Part shown: piece after piece, positions 20,882 through 32,256 of the stretch | Layout: every line of letters begins with the position of its first letter | Position numbering within the stretch: the first letter of the stretch is position 1 | Assembly: GCA_963833425.1 (NCBI GenBank) | Contig: CAWHXP010000018.1 | Coordinates: 1-64,000 of the forward strand | Length of the DNA stretch: 64,000 nucleotides | Direction: 5' to 3' | From: an uncultured Methanosarcinaceae archaeon | GTDB taxonomy: Archaea > Halobacteriota > Methanosarcinia > Methanosarcinales > Methanosarcinaceae | The notes under the pieces: model-generated | The model's database searches: none | Told to the model about the DNA's origin: nothing | What the model saw: the letters and a program-made list of their open reading frames with translations, nothing else | Program-made: the position numbers and the translations under genes

Positions 20882-20971
20882 AGAAGATTTCGATAAACCT
20901 CCAATTTTCATGAATTAATACATACAATTTATAAGCATATGACGAAGTTAAAGAATTTATCGATTCTTTCT
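20882..20971. mobile_element. MITE copy
   Basis: AGAAGATTTCGATAAACCTC...GAATTTATCGATTCTTTCT. Confidence 0.7.
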
Positions 20972-21687
20972 AAAACTTGCTGCTCTATAAGACAGATTTT
21001 ATATTTATAGTAGACTACCATTATTTCATGTACTTATCTTAATATGTTAACTTAATTCGTCAATACAATTCTTGATTTACTTGAATCTAGTACACTATTC
21101 AAGATTAATTTTTTTCAAAATCCTTTTATTCAGAACAGAATATGGACCGTTGGTTATTGAAAATCTTGAGGAATATACTTTCTATATTTCCCTCAAATAT
21201 AGAAATGAACCAGTTTTTGAAATTGATTAATAATTAAGAACAAGATGTATAATTAATTTAGCTGTTATTCTATATGATTACTCCACAGCTGTGTGAATAT
21301 AGACTCAAAATTACCTAGATTATAGAATATTTAGATAAACTCCTAAGTTTGATTATATTCTTATAAACAGCATATAAATGATTCGTAAAAAAGATATTTA
21401 TCGATAAACTTCAATTGTAGTAGAATATTGCCACTTTGAATGAGTGACATATAAATTTGTTTAATAAGGTCACATTGTATAGCTTATCAGTATCTATTAT
21501 CTCGACTCAAATAAGGACTGATGAGGGATATAATCTTATATATAAACAAGTTTATTTGTCCAATATTATATAGAATTGCATATTACAGGTTTTCAGATTT
21601 GTCGAGGATCTGGAGATGAAAGTTATATATAGTTTTATTGTTTCTTACTGTCTCTTGTGTTTGTAGGCTTTTACCTATGTATTTTCA

Positions 21688-21766
21688 AGAGTATTTTGAT
21701 AAACTCTTAAGTTTTGTCATATGCATTGAATAATTCGTAAAAGTCCGAGATTTATCGAAATACCCT
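21688..21766. mobile_element. MITE copy (internally deleted)
   Basis: AGAGTATTTTGATAAACTC...GAGATTTATCGAAATACCCT. Confidence 0.6.
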
Positions 21767-22455
21767 TAAAGATTTTCCTACAAATATTTCTCAACTACTA
21801 TGATAAATATGTTCATAAATCCCAATATTTGTTTCATGGTCTTTGTAGTAACTTTAGGCCGTTCTAGCTCTCGATCAAGCCGCAGAAGACTGAGTTGGTA
21901 AAGGATTTCCATCTCCTGTTTGCATGCTTCAAACTATTATGAATTTTTTGAAGACATCATTATTTTGATGCACTTCGAGGGGGTTGTAGCCACTTAAATC
22001 CCCTTATTTGTATTCAGAGAGGAATAAAATTGAAATCTTTCTTTACCTAGTTACCTGTAGTTTTCAATTCTTCGATATTTATCGACTTTCTTTAATCTCT
22101 ACATCCTGCTAGTTAATAAGACGGATGATTCCTCAACTTACATAGGAATAGATACATCAGACTACCATGAAAAATATGTAGTGACTCACTATTTCACTTA
22201 ACTCACTGAAACAGCATTGTTATGTATCCATCGAAATTTATTATCTTCATAGGAATTCTTCATCATTAACACTCGCTTTGAAGACAATATAACATAACCT
22301 GATACTCATCCATGAAAATGCTAATCAAAATTGTTACTTTAGTCTTGAGCTTTCTCCCGCGACCTGGAATAAAATTAGATGATACTGGATATTTGGTATT
22401 AAATCGGAAATAAGGACACATGCATTTTAATTAAGATTAAAAGATACAAATATTA

Positions 22456-23214
22456 ATGGTGGGAATAATTATGGGAAGAAAAGATGATTATGGCATGCGG
22501 GGTGAAGGGGGAGTGGTACAGATAGAAACTCTGGATGAAAGGATAGAAAATGGAAGATATGCTGGGAATGAAGAAAATTCTTATATCGCCAAACCAGAAG
22601 CAAATATCTTTCAACTTGGCAGAAAAAACTCAAAAAAAGACTATTTTATCGGATACATGAACATTCTGTGGCCGTATCTGATTATCATAATCTTTGTATT
22701 TTTCGGATCTTTACTCGCTGGTTATGCTTCAGCAGCGAGTTTCCCTCATATGGCTGATAACTTAATGAAAAATTTTAGTTCACGCTTCGCGCCACTCCGG
22801 ACAATGAGTCCCATTTACATATTGATTACGATCTTCCTTAATAACACCTTTTTAAGCCTGGTTTCCTTGGTACTCGGGATAGCTGTAGGAATTTTTCCTA
22901 TGCTATTTATCGCTTCAAACGGATATTTTGTTGGAATGATCTCGTATTTAGTAGGTCAGCAAAAGGGCTTTATCTTTATTCTTTTTGCTCTTCTCCCTCA
23001 TGGAGTAGTAGAGCTGCCTACGATCTTCATATCTGCAAGCATAGGGCTTCGGCTCGGTCATCATGCATTTCTCTCTCTTATAGGTAGACCGACCGAGGTC
23101 AGAGAAGAAATTAAGAAAGGGCTCATGTTCTACTTCAGCTTTATGGTGCCCCTCCTTTTCGTTGCAGCAATGATTGAAACTTTTGTTACGCCTATAATCA
23201 TAAATTTTATTTAA
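22456..23214 (+). CDS. Stage II sporulation protein M (DUF95)-like membrane protein
   Basis: IFLNN, LLPHGVVELP and AAMIETFVTP motifs. Confidence 0.85.
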   Translation: MVGIIMGRKDDYGMRGEGGVVQIETLDERIENGRYAGNEENSYIAKPEANIFQLGRKNSKKDYFIGYMNILWPYLIIIIFVFFGSLLAGYASAASFPHMADNLMKNFSSRFAPLRTMSPIYILITIFLNNTFLSLVSLVLGIAVGIFPMLFIASNGYFVGMISYLVGQQKGFIFILFALLPHGVVELPTIFISASIGLRLGHHAFLSLIGRPTEVREEIKKGLMFYFSFMVPLLFVAAMIETFVTPIIINFI

Positions 23215-23343
23215 AGAGCCTTGATGGGTCTGGATATCACTGAAAAGGAACAGAGTATTTTTTTCTGGCCTACCCTCTATTATATAAATGATTACTGCTA
23301 TTAGAAAGAGTTTTAATGAGTAAAGCTATAAGGGCATTTCTAG

Positions 23344-23431
23344 AGAGAATTTTTATAAACATATGATTTTCATAAATCAATTATATACACTTATAAGCAT
23401 ATGAAGAAATAGGAGTTTATCGAAATCTTCT
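23344..23431. mobile_element. MITE copy
   Basis: AGAGAATTTTTATAAAC...GAGTTTATCGAAATCTTCT. Confidence 0.65.
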
Positions 23432-23693
23432 TGAGTTATTGATGTAATTTGAAATGCGAGTATAAATATCAGGTTATGGGGCTATAAGAAAGAATTTTAT
23501 GGGTTATTATTTTTGACAGTTCCCGGATACTATCCGCTGTTGATTGAAAATAAATTTCTTCGAACTTCTATTTGACAAATTTCGCATTAATTACTAGAAT
23601 ATGCACGCTGAGAGATTTCCATTAGAGTATTAAATTTGAGAAATGCTCATCGCCATCCATTGGAAAAAATTTCCAAATTTGAGGGCTCCATGC

Positions 23694-24857
23694 ATGATTG
23701 ACAGGAAAGAAATTAAGAAAATTGTCGAAGGTTATTATACATATGCCGATAAAATAAAAATAGGAACTATAGCGTCTCACTCAGGACTCGATATCTGCGA
23801 TGGGGCAGTTGAAGAGGATTTCAGGACCCTTGAAATATGCCAAGCGGGTAGGGAAAAGACCTACAGCAAATATTTTAAATCCCAGAGAGACTCTCACGGA
23901 AAATTAAAAAGGGGAATCATTGACGAGACAATTGTTTTTAGAAAGTATGACGAGATCCTCCTGCCTGAAAATCAAAAAAAAATGGTTGAAGAGAATGTGC
24001 TCTTTGTTCCCAACAGGTCTTTCACCTCTTACTGTAGTATAGATGAGATAGAAAAGAACTTCAGAGTACCTCTTGTAGGAAGCAGAAATCTCCTTCGGAG
24101 CGAAGAACGTAACGAGCTGCGTAGTTATTACTGGATTTTGGAAAAAGCAGGTCTCCCCTTCCCAGAAAAAATAGAGTCTCCTGAGGATATTAACGAGCTA
24201 GTAATAGTGAAGCTTCCACATGCAGTAAAAACACAGGAAAGGGGATTTTTTACCGCTTCTAACTACGGGGAATACCTGGATAAATCCAAAACCCTCATAA
24301 AACAGGGGATCATTAAACGAGAAGCACTTGAAAAAGCTAGAATAGAGAGATACATCATAGGTCCTGTATTTAACCTTGACTTTTTTTACTCTCCAATAGA
24401 GCCTGAAATGAGCAATCTAGAACTTCTTGGCGTTGACTGGCGCTTTGAGACCAGCCTTGATGGACATGTAAGGCTTCCTGCCCCGCAGCAAATTTCCCTG
24501 GTCACGCATCAACTAAACCCTGAATACACGGTATGCGGACACAACTCTGCAACGCTTCGTGAGTCACTTCTCGAAAAGGTATTTGAAATGGGAGAAAAGT
24601 ATGTAATGGCTACCCAGGAAAATTATCCTCCAGGGATTATAGGACCTTTCTGTCTGCAAACCTGCGTGGACAAGGACCTTAATTTCTATATTTACGATGT
24701 AGCCCCAAGAGTAGGAGGTGGAACCAATGTGCACATGTCAGTAGGTCACTCTTATGGAAATTCACTCTGGAGGAGACCGATGAGTACAGGCAGAAGATTA
24801 GCTTTTGAGATCAGGCGCGCCCTGGAACTCGAAAAACTCGATATGATAGTCACATAA
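23694..24857 (+). CDS. PurP-like ATP-grasp ligase (formate-phosphoribosylaminoimidazolecarboxamide ligase family)
   Basis: IASHSGLDI, PNRSF, GPFCLQ, APRVGGGTN, MSTGRRLA. Confidence 0.9.
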   Translation: MIDRKEIKKIVEGYYTYADKIKIGTIASHSGLDICDGAVEEDFRTLEICQAGREKTYSKYFKSQRDSHGKLKRGIIDETIVFRKYDEILLPENQKKMVEENVLFVPNRSFTSYCSIDEIEKNFRVPLVGSRNLLRSEERNELRSYYWILEKAGLPFPEKIESPEDINELVIVKLPHAVKTQERGFFTASNYGEYLDKSKTLIKQGIIKREALEKARIERYIIGPVFNLDFFYSPIEPEMSNLELLGVDWRFETSLDGHVRLPAPQQISLVTHQLNPEYTVCGHNSATLRESLLEKVFEMGEKYVMATQENYPPGIIGPFCLQTCVDKDLNFYIYDVAPRVGGGTNVHMSVGHSYGNSLWRRPMSTGRRLAFEIRRALELEKLDMIVT

Positions 24858-25326
24858 ATTTATAAGGGCTTTCCAGCATTAGTAGATATATAAGTGTGCA
24901 GGATATTATAAACTTTAAGATTATCGCCGAAATCTGCGAAATTGATGTCACGATAAAAAAAATGTAATTACACAATTAGCCCGAGTTTTCGATCCCGAAA
25001 ATTCAGACTCCATCCATGGATCCAAAATGGATTTTCGGTTCATTTTTAAGCCAAAATCCAGCAAAAATCCCGCTTAAAATTATAATTATACTACAGAGGA
25101 TTTTGATGAAACTTCTTAGTTTCATGAGTTATTTATATACAATTTGTAATCATATGACAAAATTTAGGATTTTATCTAAATTCTCTATAAATTGCGGGTC
25201 AGATGATTTTAGGTTTGGATTTGCGGACCCACTAAAAAAACAATGCAAAATTTTTATTGTACATATTTCAGATCAAATAACTGTATTATATTGGATTAGC
25301 TTCATTTTACTGGAGGAAATTACAAC

Positions 25327-26553
25327 TTGAGTCAGCCCTGTGTTAATATCGGCATGGTAGGTCATGTCGACCATGGAAAAACCACGCTTGTTAAAGCCTT
25401 ATCAGGCGTCTGGACAGATACGCATAGTGAAGAAGTAAAACGAGGGATTTCTATCAGGCTGGGGTATGCAGACTCACCCTTTATGAAGTGTCCAAAATGC
25501 CCTGAGCCTTATTGTTACACTGTGGAAAATGTTTGTCTTAACTGCGGAGAAAAGACTGAAGAACATAGGACAGTGTCTTTTGTAGATGCTCCAGGACACG
25601 AAACCCTGATGGCAACCATGCTCTCAGGAGCTGCGATTATGGATGGGGCAGTGCTGGTAATTGCCGCAAATGAAGATTGCCCGCAGCCACAGACAAAGGA
25701 ACACTTGATGGCCCTGGATATAATAGGGATTGAAAATATTGTAATAGTGCAAAATAAGATTGATCTTGTATCCAAAGAACGCCTTGTGGAGCACTACAAT
25801 CAGATAAAGGAGTTTGTCAAGGGAACTGTAGCCGAAAAAGCACCTATAATACCTATCTCTGCCCAACAGAATATCAACATTGATGTCCTGATCGACGCTC
25901 TTAATACCCAAATTCCGACTCCTGTCCACAAAATGGATAGGCCTGCCAGCATGCTGATTGCACGTTCTTTTGACATCAACAAGCCAGGGGCTTCAATCGA
26001 TGAAATCTATGGAGGAGTCATCGGAGGCACATTGACAGATGGCGTACTTCACCCTGGAGACGAACTCGAGATAAGGCCTGGAATTAAAGTTACAACCGAA
26101 GGAAGCACCAGATGGATTCCCATCTTAACAGTTGTTTCATCTATCTACGCAGGCGCAACAAAAGTAGAAGAAGCAACTCCTGGAGGCCTTCTAGCTGTCG
26201 GAACTTATCTTGATCCTACCCTTACAAAAGGCGATTCTTTAACAGGACAGATTGCAGGTGCACCAGGTACACTTCCAGACACTAGGCATCAGTTTGTTAT
26301 GGAGTTACACTTGCTTGAAAGGGTTGTTGGAGTTACAAGAGAAGAAAAAATCAATGAAATTAAGACAAGTGAACCCCTTATGCTCAACATAGGAACCGCA
26401 ACGACTGTAGGAGTAGTCACAAGTGCCAGAAAAAATGAAGCACAAGTAGCTCTTAAGCGCCCGATAAGTGCAGCCATTGGAGCAAGGGTGGCTATTAGCA
26501 GGAGAATTGATTCTCGCTGGCGACTCATTGGGGTAGGGGTAATTAAAAGTTGA
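25327..26553 (+). CDS. eif2g: Translation initiation factor 2 gamma subunit
   Basis: [42 protein letters not shown]. Confidence 0.97.
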   Translation: MSQPCVNIGMVGHVDHGKTTLVKALSGVWTDTHSEEVKRGISIRLGYADSPFMKCPKCPEPYCYTVENVCLNCGEKTEEHRTVSFVDAPGHETLMATMLSGAAIMDGAVLVIAANEDCPQPQTKEHLMALDIIGIENIVIVQNKIDLVSKERLVEHYNQIKEFVKGTVAEKAPIIPISAQQNINIDVLIDALNTQIPTPVHKMDRPASMLIARSFDINKPGASIDEIYGGVIGGTLTDGVLHPGDELEIRPGIKVTTEGSTRWIPILTVVSSIYAGATKVEEATPGGLLAVGTYLDPTLTKGDSLTGQIAGAPGTLPDTRHQFVMELHLLERVVGVTREEKINEIKTSEPLMLNIGTATTVGVVTSARKNEAQVALKRPISAAIGARVAISRRIDSRWRLIGVGVIKS

Positions 26554-26915
26554 AAATCATAATTGACACTAACGGGTTCATGGTTCCTATCCAGTTTGGA
26601 GTGGATATTTTTGAAGAACTGAATCGTCTAGGGTTTAACGAATTTTGTGTGCCTGAAGCTGTAATATTCGAGATAGAAAGACTGATGAAGCGAGAAAAAG
26701 GATCTGACAGAACAGCCGCAAAAGTAGCTAGGTCCATGATGAATAGATGCGAGCGAATAGTTGCTACAGGACCTGCAGATGATGTAATTCTAAGGCTAGC
26801 AAAGAATATGGGAGCTGCTGTTCTGACAAATGATATAAAATTGAAGCGCAGGCTTGCAGATTATGGGATACAGACTGTTTCCCTGCGTCAGAAAAACAAA
26901 TTGGACATCGTATAA
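26550..26915 (+). CDS. PIN-domain protein (Fcf1/Utp24-like)
   Basis: IIIDTN...ADDVIL...VLTND; conserved position after eif2g. Confidence 0.88.
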   Translation: MKIIIDTNGFMVPIQFGVDIFEELNRLGFNEFCVPEAVIFEIERLMKREKGSDRTAAKVARSMMNRCERIVATGPADDVILRLAKNMGAAVLTNDIKLKRRLADYGIQTVSLRQKNKLDIV

Positions 26916-26973
26916 AGAAACACCATTTTTTTTCAGGTTATTACAATTGTTTATGCTTAAAGGTGATTAGCAG

Positions 26974-27558
26974 ATGTATAAAATGATGACACTAGTTGAT
27001 ACTGTTCGCATCCCTCCTACCTTGCTTGGGGAAGAAGTGATGTCAACTATTAAAAACGCGTTAAGGGAAAAACTTGAGGGACAAGTCGACAAAAAACTTG
27101 GTTCCCTTGTCGCTATTTGCAAAATCAGCGAAATTGGGGAAGGGCATATCCTAGTAGGAGACGGGGCAGTATACTATGATGTAACGTTCGAAGCAGTTAT
27201 GTTTGTGCCTGAGCTCCAGGAAATAATTGAAGGTGAAGTTGTGGAAACCGTTGGTTTTGGAGTTTTCGTAGGCATGGGACCAATGGACGGGTTGCTTCAC
27301 GTCAGCCAGATTACGGATGATTTTTTTTCATACGATGCCAAGAACGCGAGGCTTATAACAAAAAACGGAAGCAAGTCAATTGCTGAGGGAGATCATGTAA
27401 GAGCCAGGGTTGTTGCAGTAAGCATCAACGAAAGAGAGCCAAAAGAAAGCAAAATCGGACTCACCATGCGTCAAACTGCTCTTGGAAAACTTCAGTGGCT
27501 CGAAGAAGCCAACAAAAAGAAACAGCTTCACGAAGTTCTAAATGAAGGAACTGCATGA
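26974..27558 (+). CDS. rpoE1: RNA polymerase subunit E' (Rpo7)
   Basis: VRIPP, GDGAVYY, GLLHVSQI S1 domain, KIGLTMRQ. Confidence 0.95.
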   Translation: MYKMMTLVDTVRIPPTLLGEEVMSTIKNALREKLEGQVDKKLGSLVAICKISEIGEGHILVGDGAVYYDVTFEAVMFVPELQEIIEGEVVETVGFGVFVGMGPMDGLLHVSQITDDFFSYDAKNARLITKNGSKSIAEGDHVRARVVAVSINEREPKESKIGLTMRQTALGKLQWLEEANKKKQLHEVLNEGTA

Positions 27559-27583
27559 AAAGAAACAAAGAAGAGGCTTTTTA

Positions 27584-27769
27584 ATGGCTGAAAAAGTGTG
27601 TCGTCACTGCATGAGGGTTCTGGAAGGACAAAATTGCCCTATCTGCGGGACTTCAGATCTTGCAGAGGGGTGGAGTGGGCTTGTAATTATTCTGGACGCT
27701 GAGCGCTCAGAAATCGCAAAAAAACTTGGTGTAGATATCCCAGATAGATTTGCCCTGAAGGTGCGCTGA
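27584..27769 (+). CDS. spt4: Transcription elongation factor Spt4 (RpoE2)
   Basis: CRHC..CPIC, WSGLVII, SEIAKKLG, FALKVR. Confidence 0.93.
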   Translation: MAEKVCRHCMRVLEGQNCPICGTSDLAEGWSGLVIILDAERSEIAKKLGVDIPDRFALKVR

Positions 27770-27770
27770 T

Positions 27771-28358
27771 TTGAGTATTCAAATTGAGCTTCCAAAAGAA
27801 CTTCGTCCTCTTATGAAAAAACCCTTCGGTAAACTTTATGCAGGGAATGGCAGCGATACCATAGATAAGTTTGTAGGGGAGCTTGCAAGCTCCACAAAAC
27901 TTATATCCGTAGGGGATGTTACTACCTTCCACTTACTAGAAGCCGGGATTTTTCCTGATATCTGTATTGTGGACAATCGCACCAAAAGGGTACCTGTTGC
28001 CAAATACGTTTCTGCTCGGAATATGGACAACGTCTATGAAGAAGTTTCTGTGAAGAATCCAGCAGGGATTATCACAGACGAATTAATTAAAACCCTTTGT
28101 GAAGCTTTTACCTCCGAAAAACCTATAAGGATTTTCGTAAAAGGAGAGGAAGATCTTGCAACCCTTCCTGTAATCCTGCTGGCTCCCCTTGGAGCTGTGG
28201 TTCTGTATGGACAACCCGATGAAGGCGTCGTTTTTGTGAAGGTCACTGAGGGAAAAAAAAGGGAAATAAGGACTCTATTTGAAAAGCTCATCAGCGAAAA
28301 TCAGAATGAAGAATTGAATAAAATACGGAGAATTTTAGATGGACATAAAGATCCTTAA
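27771..28358 (+). CDS. GTP-dependent dephospho-CoA kinase (DUF359)
   Basis: SVGDVTT, VDNRTKR, NPAGII, GEEDLA, YGQPDEG. Confidence 0.9.
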   Translation: MSIQIELPKELRPLMKKPFGKLYAGNGSDTIDKFVGELASSTKLISVGDVTTFHLLEAGIFPDICIVDNRTKRVPVAKYVSARNMDNVYEEVSVKNPAGIITDELIKTLCEAFTSEKPIRIFVKGEEDLATLPVILLAPLGAVVLYGQPDEGVVFVKVTEGKKREIRTLFEKLISENQNEELNKIRRILDGHKDP

Positions 28359-28644
28359 AGACAAAAAAAATGCACTTTTAAACAGAAGGGAACTCGATTT
28401 CGTAGTGAAATATGAAGGTCCGACTCCTTCCAGGAATGATGTAAGGAATAAACTTGCTGCAATATTGAATGCACCCCTTGAAATGCTAATAATCCAGAGA
28501 ATCAAAACAGAATACGGAATGCAGGAAAGTAAGGGCTATGCCAAACTCTACGAAAATGCAAATCGCATGAAAGAAGTAGAACTGGAATATATCCTTAAGA
28601 GAAAACAAGTTCCTGTAGCAGAAGTTGAGGGAAAAGAGGCTTAA
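28339..28644 (+). CDS. rps24e: 30S ribosomal protein S24e
   Basis: [21 protein letters not shown]. Confidence 0.95.
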   Translation: MDIKILKDKKNALLNRRELDFVVKYEGPTPSRNDVRNKLAAILNAPLEMLIIQRIKTEYGMQESKGYAKLYENANRMKEVELEYILKRKQVPVAEVEGKEA

Positions 28645-28667
28645 AGCCTTAACAGAGGTGCATAAAC

Positions 28668-28817
28668 ATGTCAGTTAAGAAATACTATAAAGTCCAGGGC
28701 GATTCGGTAACCAGACTCAAACAGTTCTGTCCGAGATGCGGACCAGGTGTATTCCTTGCCGAACACAAAAACCGTCTTGCCTGCGGAAAGTGCGGCTATA
28801 CTGAATTCAAGAAGTAA
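28668..28817 (+). CDS. rps27ae: 30S ribosomal protein S27ae (49 aa, not in the ORF track)
   Basis: [49 protein letters not shown]. Confidence 0.95.
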   Translation: MSVKKYYKVQGDSVTRLKQFCPRCGPGVFLAEHKNRLACGKCGYTEFKK

Positions 28818-29199
28818 TCTATTTTGAAACTAATCTAAATGAATTATCAATGCTAAAGTATTCTGGATTTATAGTTCCAAAATCGTTTCTACAAATCAGA
28901 AGAACACCAAAAAAAATATTTAAATTAATGAAGTAGTTAATTAAAACAACTGAAAATGACTCCACTTTTGGTAAAGACACAACCAGTTTATTCTCTAAAT
29001 TTTTGAAATTAGGCAGCGCCTTCGATAAATTAATTTATCTGATGAAGAAAATTATGGTACCAAAAAGTTTATAATTTTTATTTCATGCTGTTACCTCCTC
29101 TACCAATTCTCTTGGATCTGCATCCAATGTTCCAAGGTAAGAAATATCTAAATAAAAATTTATTAAGTTTATATTATTTTGCATTAATCAAAATAGATG

Positions 29200-29664
29200 T
29201 GCTGCCCCCATCTCAAAAAACAGAGTATGTTAGCTCTCCACGTTGGATATATAGGAATTGTTCAAAATCAAATACTTCAATTTGCTTAGTATACTTCGTT
29301 TTCGTTCTACTTTCCCCGATTTTGAACATAGCTTTTATTTCATCGGAAGTTGGGCCACCACCCGCAGTTCCAATGTAATCTCATTTGCTCTAAAGTTCAT
29401 CACCTCATAGCTGTTTTTTATCTCAGAATATTCTTTAAAGTATTTTCTTGCTGTGGTACTTTTTATAATCTGCATCACTATTGTAAAAAAATAGTTTAGT
29501 TCCGAACCAACGAAAAAATTTACATGATCATCATTACCGATCACATCAAACTCAAAACAATACCTTTTACCAATTTTAAAGCGAATATATTTCAAAATCG
29601 TTGAATATACCATTGCCTACAAGAAATTTTTCATGATAATTCACGTAAAAAAATATATTATTTT
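29200..29664 (-). pseudogene. IS200/IS605 tnpA remnant, uninterrupted copy containing the empty-site equivalent (29499-29511)
   Basis: FEFDVIGNDDHVNFFVGSELNYFFTIVMQIIKSTTARK; the His-hydrophobic-His motif is degenerate (HVN). Confidence 0.85.
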
Positions 29665-29755
29665 AGAGAATTTAGAGAAGCTTCTAAATTTTGTCCTATG
29701 CTTAGGAATTGTATGTTTGTATCTAGATCGTTAAAATAAAAGTTTATCGAAATTT
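29665..29755. mobile_element. MITE copy abutting the tnpA remnant
   Basis: AGAGAATTTAGAGAAGCTTC...AGTTTATCGAAATT; same arrangement as 507-595. Confidence 0.6.
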
Positions 29756-30426
29756 GATATATTGTCTCGACACTTAGCCACCGTCACTATCAGAGAGGTA
29801 ATCTGATCATAGAATGGATAAAAGGGCTGTTTAATTTCAATATATATCACTCCTGGTTAGATGCAGATGCACCGCCTATGACATGGTGACAAAGATAAGC
29901 TCATTTTACTAATAAGCCAATGATTTTGAGGATTAAACGAACACAAAAAGATTTGAGGGGTCACTTCATTACTTACCTAAAGGACGCTGGATTAGTGACT
30001 TCCACACTCCATAGTGCAAAATATCCAGAACTTCTTTATAGCGATAGTTTGCTACATCAAATAAAGTTATTATCTTAAGTACCACATAACTCCTAGTATA
30101 CAAATAGTAGACTCATTGTGTCATACCATGAGTCGGTTTTCTTTGCCGTATTCAAAGACTTTATTACCTAAAATAATTTTTTTGAGGTTTTTCTGATTTG
30201 CAGAAATAGTTTCGGAACTGAAGATGCTCGAAAATACTGAAGCAATGAATATGTTGATACAGTCAAATTAGTATATTTCGGGAAGGTTATTTCGTTCTAC
30301 TCAACTCTTTTTTGGATATATTTCTCGTATATCTTAACGTGGTATCTCAACTTAATACTGCTTATAATCTTTTGTATTTCAAACTTGAGAGATAATTATA
30401 CAAATTTTCCACCCTATTTTACTACG

Positions 30427-31360
30427 ATGCAACGTGTTATACTCCATGTGGACATGGATTATTTTTTTGCAGCTATAGAGGAGCGGGAAAATCCGGGACT
30501 CCGAGGAAAAGCCTTAGTAGTCTGCATGCTCTCAGGACGAAACGAGCTAAGTGGAGCTGTCAGGCCTGTAACTATGTCGCACGGGAATATGGGATCGTAT
30601 CGTGTATTCCTTGTTCGAAAGCAAAAAAGCTGAATCTTGAAGCTGTTTTCCTGCCTGTTAGGAAGGAGTTTTACACCTCCGTTTCGAACAAGATCATGGA
30701 AATTCTTCGAATTTATGCTGCTATCAGAGAGAATAGAGATGCCTTTGAACAAATAAGCATTGATGAGGCATTCCTGGAAATTACTGAAAAAACAGGTGGG
30801 GACTTTAGTCGTGTCTTTGAAATCGGTATGCAAATCAAAAATGAACTAAAGGAAAAAGAAAAACTGACATGCTCAGTAGGCATCGGACCAAATAAGCTTA
30901 TTGCCAAGATGGCCTCCTCTATAAAAAAACCTGATGGCATTACTGTTGTAAGTCCCAATGAACTTGAGAGTTTCCTATTGCCTCTTAAAGTGGCCAAACT
31001 CTGGAGAATTGGCGAAGTAACTGCAAGAAACTACAGAAAATGGGCATTGTTACTATAAAGGATCTTATCGAGCATGATGTTACACACCTGATTTCCACAT
31101 TCGGAAAAAACCGCTGAATTTGGCTCAAAAGAGCTGCAGCAGGAATCGATGATTCTCCAATAAAAGAGAGAAACGGTTCCGAACAGATAAGTCGGATTTC
31201 AACTTTGCCTAATGATACTCTTGACATTCAGCTTATTTTTCAATCACTATATAAACTAGTTGAATATATGGCCTCCAAACTAGATTCGATGGGCCTCTCT
31301 TTCAGGACTGTAAGCGTTATGGTTATAAATTCAAACTTTCGGATGTATACTAACATCCAA
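30427..31360 (+). pseudogene. dinB: DNA polymerase IV pseudogene (frameshifted, 3'-truncated)
   Basis: LHVDMDYFFAAIE, SIDEAFL, SVGIGPNKLIAKMAS, KKPDG across several frames; stops after VINSNFRMYT. Confidence 0.9.
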
Positions 31361-31377
31361 ACATAATTGTCGGAATG

Positions 31378-31560
31378 TTAATACAACTTCTTTTCATTTT
31401 TCAATTATTCTATGGCTATAGGATAAGCTGGCTTCTTATCAACTGTTATTACTCTGAGCATTTGGTTGTGATTTGAACTCAAAGCTTTCTTAATAAACAT
31501 TTTTCAATTTTTCTATTTAGGATTTTGGTGCAAAAATAATATTTCCGCAATTTGATATCA
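31378..31560 (-). pseudogene. IS6-family transposase remnant
   Basis: Minus strand reads KKALSSNHNQMLRVITVDKKPAYPIAIE. Confidence 0.7.
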
Positions 31561-31721
31561 GAATTTTGCCAGAATGTATCATTTTCCGGGTGATGAGATT
31601 GATTAACTTTCCTAAATGTGAATGTTTATACTGATTTTGTAAAATAGCCAAATTTTTTACAACGGAACTCCTTCATCAATTACTTTGTACTTGGTTACAT
31701 GGATGCTGATACTACTTCTTG

Positions 31722-32225
31722 TTATTGTGTAGTCAAAGTTATACCATTCCACGAAAATCTTATCTTTATTTTTTCAAGAACCGACGTAAAGGATTTCAAA
31801 ACGGACTTGACTTTCGCATTTTGATCTGCTTTTAAGGCTTCTTTGGCAGCTTCATTGTAATCTCTTCTTATTATTAGATCAATTAGCATGGGTAGAACCT
31901 TAGTCAACTTGCCAACATCAGTGACAATCAGAAGATCATCCAAGATCATGATAAACGATTTTTCATTGATCTCATTTGTGTTGGTTAGGATTAGAGCAGG
32001 CTTGTTCGTGGAATTTATTTTTTTTGTAACCTCGCTGTATGTTTGGTCTCATATATTCCAAGGGGCAACGAAGAGATTCTTTCCCATGTTATCACCCCAT
32101 ACCTGTAACTTTGCCAAAATATCTTCTTGGAAATCCTCGGCCATGCCAGTAGGTAAGTAAATACTATAAGCTGGATAACCCAGAGGCAGACTTGTTACTG
32201 GTCCTTCAAAGGTTCTTAACGGCAT
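31722..32225 (-). pseudogene. Hypothetical 167-codon gene with one in-frame TGA, divergent from TPR-CHAT
   Basis: MPLRTFEGPVTSLPLGYPAYSIYLP...WGDNMGKNLFVAPWNI*DQTY..., in frame with ORF 31722-31949; stop at 32049-32051. Confidence 0.7.
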
Positions 32226-32256
32226 AATAATAAATTGTTACTAGCGATATAAATAT

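Noticed and set aside
25016..25330. 104-aa ORF upstream of eif2g
   Set aside because: No motifs; AT-rich promoter region, probably spurious.
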